DNA of 64,000 nt from Oikopleura dioica. Its lineage: Eukaryota; Animalia; Chordata. Position numbers and translations under genes: made by a program. Positions 22,601 through 34,556 of this stretch are shown here, piece after piece; position 1 is the stretch's first letter; each line of letters starts with the position of its first letter. The stretch lies in assembly GCA_907165135.1 (NCBI GenBank), contig OU015567.1:10602001-10666000 (forward strand). Reading direction: 5' to 3'. The notes under the pieces were generated by a model. The model saw only the letters and a list, made by a program, of their open reading frames with translations. It was not told the DNA's origin and did not search any database.

Positions 22601-24121
22601 AATTTATGAAAAGAAACATGGCCGATGAAGAATTCGCTCGTAATGCCAGAGAAAATTGGGCTCCAGATTGGTGTCCTTTTCTTTTCCACGATAAGAAACT
22701 AAGAGAAAAAGATCTAATCGATGCTCTGATGGAACGAAAAGTTTTTGGATTCGCAATGGTGGAAATTGAGCCAAGTAAAGCTGTTTATAATCGATATGGA
22801 GATCTGAAATTTCCTATGATTTTTAAGAAAACCCAGATAGAAAGAGATATGCTATCTGAAAATCAAAAAATCGGAAATCTTGAGATGCCTGTGAGCCAAA
22901 ACACATTGATTTATAATTCTAGCGGAGAAAAAATGCTTCTTATCACTCCTCTACTGTATTTTTATTTGGATATGGGATATATTATTAAGGTTCGCTAAAA
23001 GATTTTTTAAACTTAATCATGTCGCTTTTAGAAGGTTCATTATCTTCTTATGTACAATAAGGAAAAACCGATGGCTCCTTTCGTCGATAGACTGGTCGCT
23101 GATCGAATCCGGTATCATATTGCCGAGAACAAAGTTGGCGAAAAACTTTCAAAGCTGGTACTTAATATTGTCACTGGTTTGTTTGGCAAGAATGTTTCTA
23201 AATACAGGGAAACAAAATACATCGATGATGCTGATTTATACCGCTACATCAGATCGCCTTTGCTCGAAAAAAATGAAATCATCAGTGCTGAAGGACCCAC
23301 ATCTTTGGTCAAAATTGTCAAAAAGAAGAAAACGCAGAGAGATAGCGTTCCAACACATATTTCAGCATTTAGTATGTCTTTGCTCGTGAATTGGTCTCTT
23401 AATATTTTTTTAAGTCTATCAGAAAAGCAAATTGGTCATGTTCAATTTCATTGATAATAAATGCACTCATCTGAAGGAAGGATCATTCAAACTTTGCTAC
23501 GCAGACACCGATTCGATTATGATTGCTTATGCAGGTGATGATGTTGAAACCCTCGTCAAATCTGAGAAGAAGGAGTCATGGAAAAATTTCGTTGACACAT
23601 GGATGGTTCCTGAAAAAGTCACTGATCAAATGCTGCGAGAATCAAATAACTCTAAGAAGGAAGCCGAAAAATTGCTGAAAAAATTGGAGAAAACGCCGGG
23701 TTTATTCAAAATCGAGGGTGGGATATATGGGCAAGGCACTTATTGCGGCTTGAGCTCTAAATGTTATATTCTCAAGGGTAAAAATGATAAGGGGGATATA
23801 AAAATAAAAAAATCAACGAAAGGCTTGGGTTAGAAAGTATTCAATAAGTTAATTTCAGCTCACTTGTAACAATAAAACCATTCTTTCAACTCATAATAAG
23901 GCGTCAAGAAGGATATTGAAACACCGGTGGAACATTTCGTACGTTCTCTCCTTAACGATGAAAAGTTCAGCGCTACAATGACAGGCATGGTAGCCCGTAA
24001 AAACGAGATCGTCATTCGAAAAACAACAAAGAATGCACTGAACAATGTCTATGTAAAATGGCAGATTGCTGATGACCAAGTGACTGCAACCCCACTCAAA
24101 AACGCATCTGGATATATTTGA
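19664..24121 (+). CDS. polB: Protein-primed family B DNA polymerase, 1403 aa; exons 19664-19886, 19931-21312, 21358-22989, 23032-23371, 23415-23828, 23901-24121
   Basis: Exo I FDIET, Exo II GWNSERFD, Exo III YNLIDTDML; motif A DANSLYP, motif B KLVLN..GLFGKN, motif C YADTDS; five introns give a 4212 nt open frame. Confidence 0.95.
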
Positions 24122-24319
24122 TTCCTTCAGTCATTTATGTTTTCATTATTTTTTTCGTTTATGTCAACCTTAACATGCTAACAAATAAATTCAAACGGAT
24201 TTTCACACAATTCACTCTTTATTTGGATTATCTTTTCTAACGCATGAAAAGCAGATTTGAGAATATACAGGGGCTTCAAAAGTTATCTCTTATGCGGATT
24301 TCGTGAGATGTAGGGCGAT

Positions 24320-24706
24320 TTAAAGACTCTCGTCTGAAGAGAACTCAACGTAGTTCTTCGGTGTCATAAGACGATTGCTTCGTCGTAGTTCTCGGAGAGG
24401 TTCAGGTCTTGGTTCAGGTCGTGATTCTTGGAGAGGCTCAGGTCGTTGCTCTGGAAGTGGTTCAGGTCGTTGCTGTGGAAGCGGCTCAGGTCGTTGCTCT
24501 GGAAGTGGTTCAGGTCGTTGCTGTGAAAGTGACTCAGGTCGTTGCTCTGGAAGTGGCTCAGGTCGTGATTCTTGGAGAGGCTCAGATCGAATTGCTGGAG
24601 GAGGAACAGGTCGGGGCTCTGGAAGTGACACACGTCGTGACTCTGATCTTTGCTGTTGAAGTGCTTGTGGTCGATTGGGGGGGCGCTTCGTAACTTTTCC
24701 AGGCAT
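24320..24706 (-). CDS. Pro/Glu/Gln-rich protein with 8 aa (24 bp) tandem repeats
   Basis: About seven EPLPEQRP-type repeats; ATG ORF of 128 aa. Confidence 0.6.
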   Translation of the reverse strand: MPGKVTKRPPNRPQALQQQRSESRRVSLPEPRPVPPPAIRSEPLQESRPEPLPEQRPESLSQQRPEPLPEQRPEPLPQQRPEPLPEQRPEPLQESRPEPRPEPLRELRRSNRLMTPKNYVEFSSDESL

Positions 24707-24803
24707 TGGCTTCGGTTTGACCTCGATTTGGTTGACCGATCGAACGGTGACCGCTAATTAAAAGAAGTTTGGATATTTGTCTGATAAAAATAAATTACTT
24801 TTG

Positions 24804-26715
24804 TTATCCTGCTCGAATTGGACGGTAAGGTTTCGTGGGAGGGTAGTCGCGATCTTGTTTGCAGCTAAACAGAGGTGAGTAGGAGCTGAAAAAATTGTTG
24901 TCAAAGTTACCTGTCTGTAATCCAGCTTGTATTGGTGAAGTAATCGGCGCCAAAAAGCTTGTCGATGGTTTCGAATTGCTCGATTTTGGGCTTGGGTTCC
25001 ATGGAAATTTCCCTCCGCGATTAAACACGTTTTCTAGAGGAAAGAGTTATTTTTGTGGCATTTTTATCGGAGAAAAACTTACTTTTTTTTGGGATTTTTT
25101 CGGCCGCGTCTTTGGAAATTGTTTGTTTTTTCTCTTCCTTGATGTCCTTCTTTGTTCCTCCGTCTTATTCGATATGTTAAAAACGGTAGAAAAGTGAAAA
25201 CTGATATTACCTTGTGTATTCGTATTTTCGGTCTTCTCATCCTTTTTGGTTTTTTGATTGGAGCTGTTTCCGCCTTTTATAAAAGTAAAAAATTGCCAAA
25301 AAAAGTTCTCTTGAGAAATTTACCTTGTGAATTGTCTGATCCGGCATCACCATTGACATCCTTCTTGGTTTCATCAGGCCGATGGTTTTCATCACTGTCC
25401 CTGAAGCCCATTCCAGCGTTTTTGGGGTGGCTTGTTCGATGCGGGTCATCTTCTTCGTTTTCCTGGTCGCTGCGTTCATTCTCTCGATCCTTGTCTTTGT
25501 TCGGACGCCCCATCTCGTAGTCATGCTCTCGCTGGGATCCTCTGATGCACTTGTACATCCGGTACATCTTATTCAGTTTGTTTATAGTTTCAGATGATAA
25601 AAACTTACAAGATAACCACAGCCGATGCAAACGACGAGAACAATCATTGCAAGAATAACCAGGACCGCGATCAGCCAACCCGGAATATTTGCTTCTTTGC
25701 TTGCTATGGCAGTCTCCGTTGTTCCATCCGTCTGAAATAGCTTTTTAGTCTTTCGTTTTTTAAAAAGCGCTCTTACTCCAGACAAGTCAAAAGACGTTGA
25801 CGTCTGCACGAAAGAAGTCTGAGTTGTTTGCGCCTTCAAACCCGTCTGAGTCAATGTTTGTGAAATTACGAAACTTTTAGTTTGAGAAGCCTCTGTGAAA
25901 TAACCTAGAGTCTCGGCCTCGAAAACAGCAGTCGTTGCTTTATGGATAAAATCCTCAAGCGTGGTTACAGCTGTATCGTCTCGAAAATGGATGGTGGTCT
26001 GAGATTCAAAAATAGCCTGACTCTGGTCTTGTAGAGATGTAAATGAAAATGAAATTACAGCTGAGGTATCTTCACGAAGCATTGATGTCGGACGCTCAGA
26101 ATAAACCTCGATATGCTCTTGGCCAGGAGTCGACAAAAATGCGTCCGGCTCGATTAGCTCTTGGCCAGCAGTCGACAAAAATGTGATCGGCTCGATAACC
26201 TCTTGGCCAGAAGTGGACAAAAATGTGTTCATATCCGTAGTGACAGATGATGGAATAGAAGTCTCAACGAATATTGACTCGGGCAATAATGTTGGTCGAG
26301 TCTTGGGCAAGGAAGATTCAAGATCATTTACACTCTTGGAAAGCTCAAAATAAGAAGCGGTACTTTCTCGACTAACAGTTGCCGTAGTAACTTTTAATGA
26401 CTCTGTTTCCTATTTTTTATATGAGTGGAATTTGTAAAAATCTTTTTATTGCCTCGCCATTGTTGCCGCAAAGTCCGGGAAACCAGTTGCAATTCATCGC
26501 TGTGTATTCTCTTTGAACGTGGTTTCTTAGTTCTTTGGTGCGAAAATTTTAGGAAACGAGCGTTTATGGGTTTGCTTTGGAGCAACTGCGAAGTGGTCTT
26601 GAAAACTTAGCTCAATTGTGCTATTTGCAATAGCTCCCTCAAGTGCAACAGCGACAAATATTCTCCTTCCAACAGCAATTCTCACGACATTCATCCTTCG
26701 TGATAATCCCCCCAA
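24804..26715 (-). CDS. Multi-exon mucin-like type I membrane protein (terminal exons uncertain)
   Basis: Ser/Thr-rich ectodomain with 42 bp repeats (26117, 26159, 26201), TM WLIAVLVILAMIVLVVCIGCGYL, charged tail joined by short introns. Confidence 0.65.
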
Positions 26716-26750
26716 AAAACATCAAAGTTTTTTTTTTGCAAAAACGAACC

Positions 26751-28427
26751 ATGAGAAAATTCCAAGAAATAAAAAGCTCTTGCGGCTTAAAACGAATACC
26801 TCCGAGAAAGATACGTGAGAATCAATGGATTGCCAACAAAGATTTCGAAGACATAGGCCTTTGCGGATGGTTGTTTACAATTGAAGACGGATCTAAAAAA
26901 TTTTACAATGACAGGTATGAAAAACCCCCTAGTAAAAAGTTCTTATTTGTAATCAGGCTAATCGAACTAACTCTTCACGGCGTCATGGACGGAAGCTCGA
27001 TAATATTGCTGAGGATTGTCGCACCGACTCCGAGGCATCAAATTGTTCTTGAAGAATTCGGGGATGTTCCTCAATTCTCTTTCGTACGTTTTGAAAACGC
27101 GCGATACATGATGCGATTTGACGGAAAAATCCAGGTTTATACAATCCTGATGGATATTGGAAACCAGGATGGATGTACTCTCGTTAAAGCAACGGAAAAA
27201 TGCCTGGACCCTGCATCTTTTCAAGGAGGAATTCTCGACGGCCGGTTTTATTCACTGATTTCAAAGTAAGTTTTTCTTCAAGAAACAATCATAATTTGAA
27301 TCAAGAGCGATAACGCCCTTTACCGGTCAGATGGTCTTTGACAGCAACGACGTTGATAACGAATTGAAAAAGATCGCGCGCAATAAACCGTTGTACGAAC
27401 CATTGTATGCCAATGAAGTCGTCAAAAACTTGAGTGAGGATGTTTCGATTGCAGAATTTTTGATGCAAGCGCGTTTATTCTCGTAAGTTTTCAATTTTTC
27501 TGATAAAAGCTAACTTAATCTTATTTAGGAAACTACAAAATACGTTTTGCGGCCTCCCGATCGGAAAATTCGACAGCGTCAAGGTTACAAGATTTTTCCA
27601 AAACAGCAAAAAACTTCCTGACTGTCCCGACACTGACTCTCAAACAGAAGCCGTCATTTTGACAGAAGACGAAATTTTGGAGCGACAATTATCGCGGTGT
27701 GATTTGAAAATAGAAGACTTTAGCTCAGTTAGTCTAAATTTTCCGAAGAAAGTTTCATTTCATAATTAAGGATGACACGGATAATGAAGAAAATCTCGAT
27801 CAAACGGTCCATCGAGGACTGATCTTCGGAGAGAGGGAGGAAAGCGATGAGGAAGCAGGATCCGAGAGCGAGTTAATCAATGATGACCCAACTGTGGCGG
27901 ACGATGACCCACAAGACCTTTACACGAGAGATTTCGATGCTGAGAACGAGCAAACTCAAAAAGAACTGAGAGATAACGACGACGAGACGAGCCTTGCGGA
28001 TAGAATTAAAGCACTCGCAAGCAACATCAACTCGGAAAGTTCCGACGACGACTCCTTTCAGGTTATCTAATTTCTTCTATATCTTTATATTCTGACTTTT
28101 ATCTTTTAGCCAGCTAGACCTTCGACTCCAGTCAAATTTGACTTTCAAGACCCCACAAGGATCAATCCTTCAACGCCTCGAAAAAAGAACCCGTTCTTAT
28201 ATCGTCAAAAGTAAGTCTCAATTCTTATTGAGAATAGTTCTGACTCCAAAATTAAGACTCGCCGGAAAACCGGCATGGAAAAGATTTTTATTTCGTCGTA
28301 ACTCGGAGGAGACTCAGGTAAATGCAAAGTAATCCTTTCAATCTCAAAGACCTTATTCAAGGAACCAGCTACGAAAAAAGCGAAAACTGATGCAGTCATA
28401 ACGATTTCGTCCGACTCAGACGAATAA
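26751..28427 (+). CDS. Multi-exon Polinton protein with acidic tail, NLS-like and SIM-like motifs
   Basis: ORF to 27269, GT-AG introns, acidic exon ~27770-28060, last exon TLFKEPATKKAKTDAVITISSDSDE*. Confidence 0.55.
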
Positions 28428-28664
28428 AACAACTCCTCCAGTACTCGACTTATTATAATTATTCATCCTCATTGTTTAACTCGTCTTTTTATTCTCTTCA
28501 TTTCACAGATCAACTTGTCCACTTTTTCGCCTCTTTTTCGCAAAGAAATAAAACTTCCGCGACTATAAAATAACAGTGTCGATTCATTTGCAAACAGGTT
28601 GATTGGCTTAGTTCACGGTTCCGTTTTTGCACCTCAAAATAGAAAAAAACGAAAAAGGACGTAA

Positions 28665-29557
28665 ATGAAGGCATTTTGTGCTGTTAATCCGGATGAGCTT
28701 GCTTCTGTAATCCCAGAGAAAATAGACAGCTGGGAAATTGGGAGCTGCAAAAATCGGCAAAATTCCGTTAATCCGTTGATTTCAACTGCTGGGCTGGTTA
28801 TGTTTAAAAAGATGATTCCTGGATGGGGACTCAATCTTTTCGTACTTAACAGCAGAAAAAACATAATTAAAGTGACAATCACAAAGAAAAGAGCCGATAT
28901 CGATAAATTGTGGAAAGACTTGGAACTCTTCGCCGCAATTTATCTGGAGAATTTCAAAATATCTTGGCGTCATGACTATTCCGGAATCGTGACTATTTGT
29001 TTATGGCCAGGGTTTCCAAATGATTTCTGGGCCTGCTTAAAACTCAAGAAGTTGACAAGTCTTGACGATGATAACATCTTATCGGGTATAATAAACGGCA
29101 AATTTTGTAAAAACGTAGAAAGGTAAAACGCCAAAAAACATTCAAACTTATTTATAATAACAAGGTTCTTGCCGGTTATTCCCCTTGATTGGAGTTCTTT
29201 CGCGTCGCTGGAAAAAGAAAGAAGAGATTATTTTGATTATGACATCTTTGAAAATTACGACGACATAGAGGAGATAGAAAAAAATGCCAAGAAATTCAAC
29301 GACCCGTCTTTACTACTCGTCGAATTTCAAAGACTTATCGTTTTTTTAATGTAAGAGGAATTGTTTGTTATTTAGCTGGCAAAATTTAGTACGAACTCTG
29401 AATCAAAACGCAAACAAATCGGCTTCAAAGAATTCCCAGATATTCGAAACCTCAATCAAGTCGACTCCCTTCAGCTGACTTATAAATCTGAATCTGAAAT
29501 TCAAACCATGTTGCGAATGCGAAGTGACTGCATCGAAAAATACAAAGAGTATTGAAG
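28665..29557 (+). CDS. Polinton hypothetical protein, spliced
   Basis: 153 aa ORF continues through a GT-AG intron into FLPVIPLDWSSF...; last exon frame uncertain. Confidence 0.5.
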
Positions 29558-29634
29558 GTAGTTATTTATTTTATTCCAATTATGTCAGCAACAAGTTTCA
29601 ACCTGTTTTCAGTGTACTTCGTCAAAGAAAATCA

Positions 29635-30076
29635 TCAATCAGCATTCTCGTCGTCGCTCAGATCATCCAAATCTTCATCCGCCTCTTCGAAACCCTCGTC
29701 GTTGTTTTCTCCTTCATTTTCCATAGCATTGATTCTCACGATTATTTCATCCTCAACTAAAGTTCGGGATAAGTGTCTTTATCTGTGTTAAATTTAAAAA
29801 CTTACGTCGATCAGCATCATTTTGCGCTAGCTGTGCAAGTGCTTGATATCTTTCTCTTTCCTGCTGGGCTTCAATAACCCTTTCATCAATCTCAAACAAT
29901 CGTAGTTCCAATTCCTGTCGCTCTTGTTCCAGTGCATTGATTTCATCTCCCCCTAAATCGCATATAATCTTTCTGTCTTTCTAAATATCACACTTACTTT
30001 CATTCTCTTTTTCGTGAGCTAAATCTCGAAGACCGAGGCGGTCTTCGCGTTCTCTCATGAGAGCGTCGATTTCCAT
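29635..30076 (-). CDS. Small acidic coiled-coil protein, three exons
   Basis: MEIDALMRERE...; DEINALEQERQELELRLFEIDERVIEAQQERERYQ; acidic C-terminus; GTAAG donors. Confidence 0.5.
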
Positions 30077-31616
30077 TGTCAACAAAAAAAATAAATTTCT
30101 TGGATAAAATGAGCCTTGTCTTCACCGGCGTTTCCTTATAACCGCTAAATCGGTCTGACTGATCAAGAATCGTCAACTGAATCAGACAATGATGGCGAAA
30201 AAAGCGAAGCTCCTAAATCAGACGATAAAGGGATAAAGGACCACGGAAATAGAAAACAAATGATTCGAGCATGCTGTTCATAGCTTTACGTTACAAGTCG
30301 GACAGATAAGGACAATTGAGGGCAATAGTAAATTTCTGAAGTAGGTCAACCAAATAACATCGCTCGGAAAAACTTTTTGAACGTCAATTTCTAGGTAGTT
30401 CAAATATTTACGACTCTTGATCTCATGCTACGTGCCCTATTTTCTAGTGAATATAAGAAAATAGTTTCTCCTTCACTTCATAAATGAAAAATGAGGTGAA
30501 AAATCCCTTTCGAAAGAGACAACTCTTCAAAATGCAGCCAAATTAGCTATATAAAGTAGATTTCGCTTAGAAACGCTCCGAAGTATTCAAAATGAAACAT
30601 TATTTGTGGTATATCTTTGTTTATTCCAAGCAATTTGATGTTTAATTAGTTAAATTAAATTAACCTTTCTCAATGAGATATATGTTGTTATCATGATAAA
30701 ATGAATCGTTATAGTTCACCTAAACAATGTACCTCTTACCATTTACTCTGTTAAAACTACTTTATACTCTTACTGCTTAATTTTATAAAATGATTAACTT
30801 ATTCTTCATTATTGCCATAATAGACAACCTTCATCATATTCGTTTATTAAGTGACAAGCAATATTAGCTTTATTAAATTTGTTCATCAAATGACAAGCAA
30901 TACTATCTTTATCAAATTTTATCCCGAAACTTTTGCTCTTTTCCTGCTTTTTTGAATAAAATGAAAAAATCTGCAAACTCCATGCAACTTTTGAAAACTT
31001 TCTTGTTGATGAGATATTTGCAGGAAATGAGACTCGTCTGTTGCTATCTTTTCGTACTTTTGGTGAACCAAAAAGTCCGATTATCATGAGAGGAATCCAG
31101 AGTTGACCGATAAGCGTCTGTCCTACGAATCTGTTGATTTTGAAGGGAAGGCTTCGCCGCATAAAAAGAATTAGTAAAGATAGCGAGGAAAATATTTGGC
31201 TTTTTTTTTCTCCTTCTTTTTATTTTTACTCCGGAAACAGGTGCTTTTTTGGACTCTGAAAATTGCATCTTGGAAGGTGATCGCTATTTTTCCTTCAATG
31301 AGTAAGAATGCATATTTTTAGTACAATCCACGTACATTTCATATCTCACTTTAGTAAAAACTGCGTACCTGCGTCCTTTAGCATTATATACATGCACGAA
31401 TATCAATTAAGCCCTTTCTTTTGCGTAGGAAAATTGCAATGGATAATTAATACTTCAACAATATTACCGCTTCGCGGTATGCATGCTTCCTAGGATTCAA
31501 AACTTAAGAAAAGACAAAATGTCCATTTCGGGCTTTTGTCAATTGGTAAAATTGATAAAATAGTTTATTCGTTTACGAACAGAGACCACAGTCATAAATT
31601 ACTACCCAGACATTAT

Positions 31617-33660
31617 TTAGGTATTGGCACAGAGAGCTGCCAGTTGATTTGGGATGGGCGGCCCTCCCACTAGAATCAATTGTGTAATGCGCGAAGAAGT
31701 TGATGAAACGGGGTTGAACGCAGGGAACTCGTTGCCTGATGGCTGTAATAGTTTTATTCTGAAAGAAAATGTTTGAAAGGGTTCGAAGTGAAAAGGATTC
31801 TTACCTGAAAGGTTTTGCAACTTTAGCATTGAACATTAAATTCTCGATAGGTGCAGGATTTGTCGAATCAAAAGTGACTAGCAGTACAGGAACATCACTT
31901 CTGTCTTGAATTTTATTCTCTCCTCGGACAAGGATGACTCTGACTCCATCATCGTCGACAAGAGTTCTTGTCGTCGAAGAAGCCTGGAAATCAGCGAGAT
32001 TGACTTTGATTCCCGTCAAAGCCGCCACTTCGGGTGGAGTGGGCCAAACGGCGATTTGGGGACTGGCTTGGCTCGTCATGGCGGATACAGAAGGTGCTGA
32101 TGGGTTAATATCCAGCAGAGTTGGCTGACTGAAAAAATTGTTAAAACTTCAGTAATCATCAAAATCGACGAGTAAAGGCAAAATTGTTAGCTGATAATAA
32201 ATGCATGCATAAATGAACAAAATCCTTTATAAAACTACCTCTGCCAAGGATCGTAGCTAATAAATTGATTAAGAGAATATTCTTGAGACTTACGGTGCTT
32301 CTCCCATTGGAGAGGACCCAAATATACTGTTCAGAGTTTTCAAATCGTCGATCACATTTCCACTACTTTGAGCTGGTCTGTTCGATGGAGGATCATCCTC
32401 GAAGCCGAGCAGGTTCAAGTCGACGCCGAGGTCGTGGAGGCGAGAAGTTTGGCTATCCGGACTTGATGTTGCAGTGAGACCAGATGATGGAACGCTGCTT
32501 CCATTTGAACTTGGCGTAGAAGCGCTAGAATGCAATAATAGGGAGGAAATATGAGAAAGAATTTACTTCGAAAGCTCCACTACATCGGGGTATTTATCTT
32601 TCACGACATTGATGACTCGATTGACTTCATCTGTTAGCCTGAGGACCGCCATCAACTCATCGTTGTTTTAATTTGCTTCTGACGCGAGACGGAAGAGCTG
32701 TGGCCTCATTGATTCCAAGTCCGAATAGACTGTTGCCATCGCCGATTTCGCTCTTTATTCAGAGAGTGTTAAAAAATGAGAGAAGAACTTGGCCTTACGT
32801 AGCTGCAGCAGCAATCATATCATCCATGAGCATGTATTTTCCTTCGCTTCTGTCATCAAAAGCATTTTGCGCGCCTCTCGCTCGGTCTTTTTACTGTCTT
32901 GCTCGTACATGGTTTTGATCATTTCATTTGCCAGGGCGATGTCTTCTGGATTCTTGGACGCAAGAAGTTCCGCCAGTCGCTTTTCCTCAGCATCGTCTCT
33001 TATTAATGCGCACCTGAACAGTGTTTCAACACTGATTTTGATTAAATTGGTACCTTTCTTTTGGTTGAGGAGTAGGGAGAAATCTTCTGTCGTCGAATTT
33101 CGGGTCCTTCTTGACGATGCCTTGTTTCTTGAGCATTGAATACGCATCAGCAATCTTTATTTGGTCTAAACTCAAAGTCAGTAGCTGTAAGAATAAGAAA
33201 AGCTCAACCTTTTAATGCAATAGTCCAACCATACATCAATTCAATAATTCTAGTTTATCCTGCGGTGATGACCTAAAAACAAAATAAATTTTAGTCAAGT
33301 GGCTTTTCTTTGGGAGGTCAAGCAAATTACAAGTCCCTACATCTGCGTGAGGGTGCAAAAAGAGGCCCTCCGAATGGAAGTCCTCCGAACTCGAGGCGAG
33401 AGAGGGAGCGCAGCGGACTGATGCTCATGCGATAAGCCAGGTTTTAAGCCACGTTACCTTGGTCCAAGATATTTGGGAGAGACAACGCGGATAAGTTCAT
33501 TTAAAAATCTATATTTTCCGATTTCATTGTGAAAGAGTTTTCCAGAGGATCGAACGCAGATTTCCAACAGATCCAGGCCTCGGACAGCTTCTTTTTCTAA
33601 TGGGCTCTGGATCTTGTAAGCCAACAATTGTTGTGCATGAAGAGGGACGTCGGCATTTAA
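31617..33660 (-). pseudogene. GGA: GGA clathrin adaptor fragment (truncated VHS, GAT, hinge, GAE) with frameshifts
   Basis: LLAYKIQSP..FHNEIGKYRFLNELIRVVSPKYLG; AYSMLKKQGIVK; LLASKNPEDIALAN; QPSGNEFPAFNP; 1 nt deletions near 33255 and 32833. Confidence 0.85.
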
Positions 33661-34410
33661 CAGGCAGCAAACAGCTTCGTAAATGGATGATTGATCCTCG
33701 GGGAACTTTTGAAGACTTCGGATGAGCTCTTCTACTGTTCGATTCAGGCATTTTTGGACAGAAGACGGCAGCAGGACAGTAATCGATGGGTAGAAATTCT
33801 GAAATAAAGATGAAACGGAGAAATAGCGCCTTCTTTATAAATTTTTCGCCCGTAAATTATCTTTTTTGCCCATTCTTTAATGATTTTACCTTATTTCTCG
33901 CCTAGAATCGGGCAAACAGCTCGTCAATACATTCACATTCTGATCTTCCAGCAAAACAGGAACTCGCGAAGCCAGTTTTACGCAGTTATTAATCGCATTC
34001 AGGCGAACAATTTCCAATTCATCGTTGAGCATGTCTACCATGTAGTCCATCGACTGCTTGGCGAAATCTCCAGTGGACTCTTTAGCGGCTAAGGTGCAAA
34101 GAGAATTCAGCGATGCAACTCTGACCGTTTTAAATTCATCTTCCAGGTCGTGAATGAAGGCCCTACGATCTCGTTTTAAGATTGGACTTACCTTCGCAGC
34201 GCCGACTTCCACCCTCATTCTTGAGTAACTTTTCCGCTCGTTCGCGCAAAACACGTATAAACTTTCCATTCTTATCAAGAGACTTTTCTTCGCTTCCTTC
34301 TGGAATTCTTTGCTCGAAAACGAAATCGTCGCGAGCTTCGCACCAAGTTTGTTTCTCTTCAAAGCGGATCAGGAAAAACTTCCTAGGAATTATTTTCGCT
34401 TTTGTAAACT
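33661..34410 (-). pseudogene. INTS4: Integrator subunit 4 internal fragment (HEAT repeats)
   Basis: AFIHDLEDEFKTVRVASLNSLC..MVDMLNDELEIVRLNAI..LEDQ..DSRREIR..LQKFPEDQSSI; frameshifts near 33762 and 34160. Confidence 0.8.
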
Positions 34411-34556
34411 GAACCTGAAAATAAATTAATAAACTTCTACACATAAATGTGAGATATATTTGTAGGAGAGCCGGGATCCTAAAATGACAGCTTTTCCGGT
34501 TTTATAAAGAGCTCGAAAAATACAAAATTATAAAATACAAAAAGAACAGCTTCATT

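Noticed and set aside
24364-24693. Several alternative-frame ORFs over the 24 bp repeat
   Set aside because: By-products of a stop-free tandem repeat
30100-31600. Short ORFs between viral genes and cargo
   Set aside because: AT-rich, no coherent exon chain or motif
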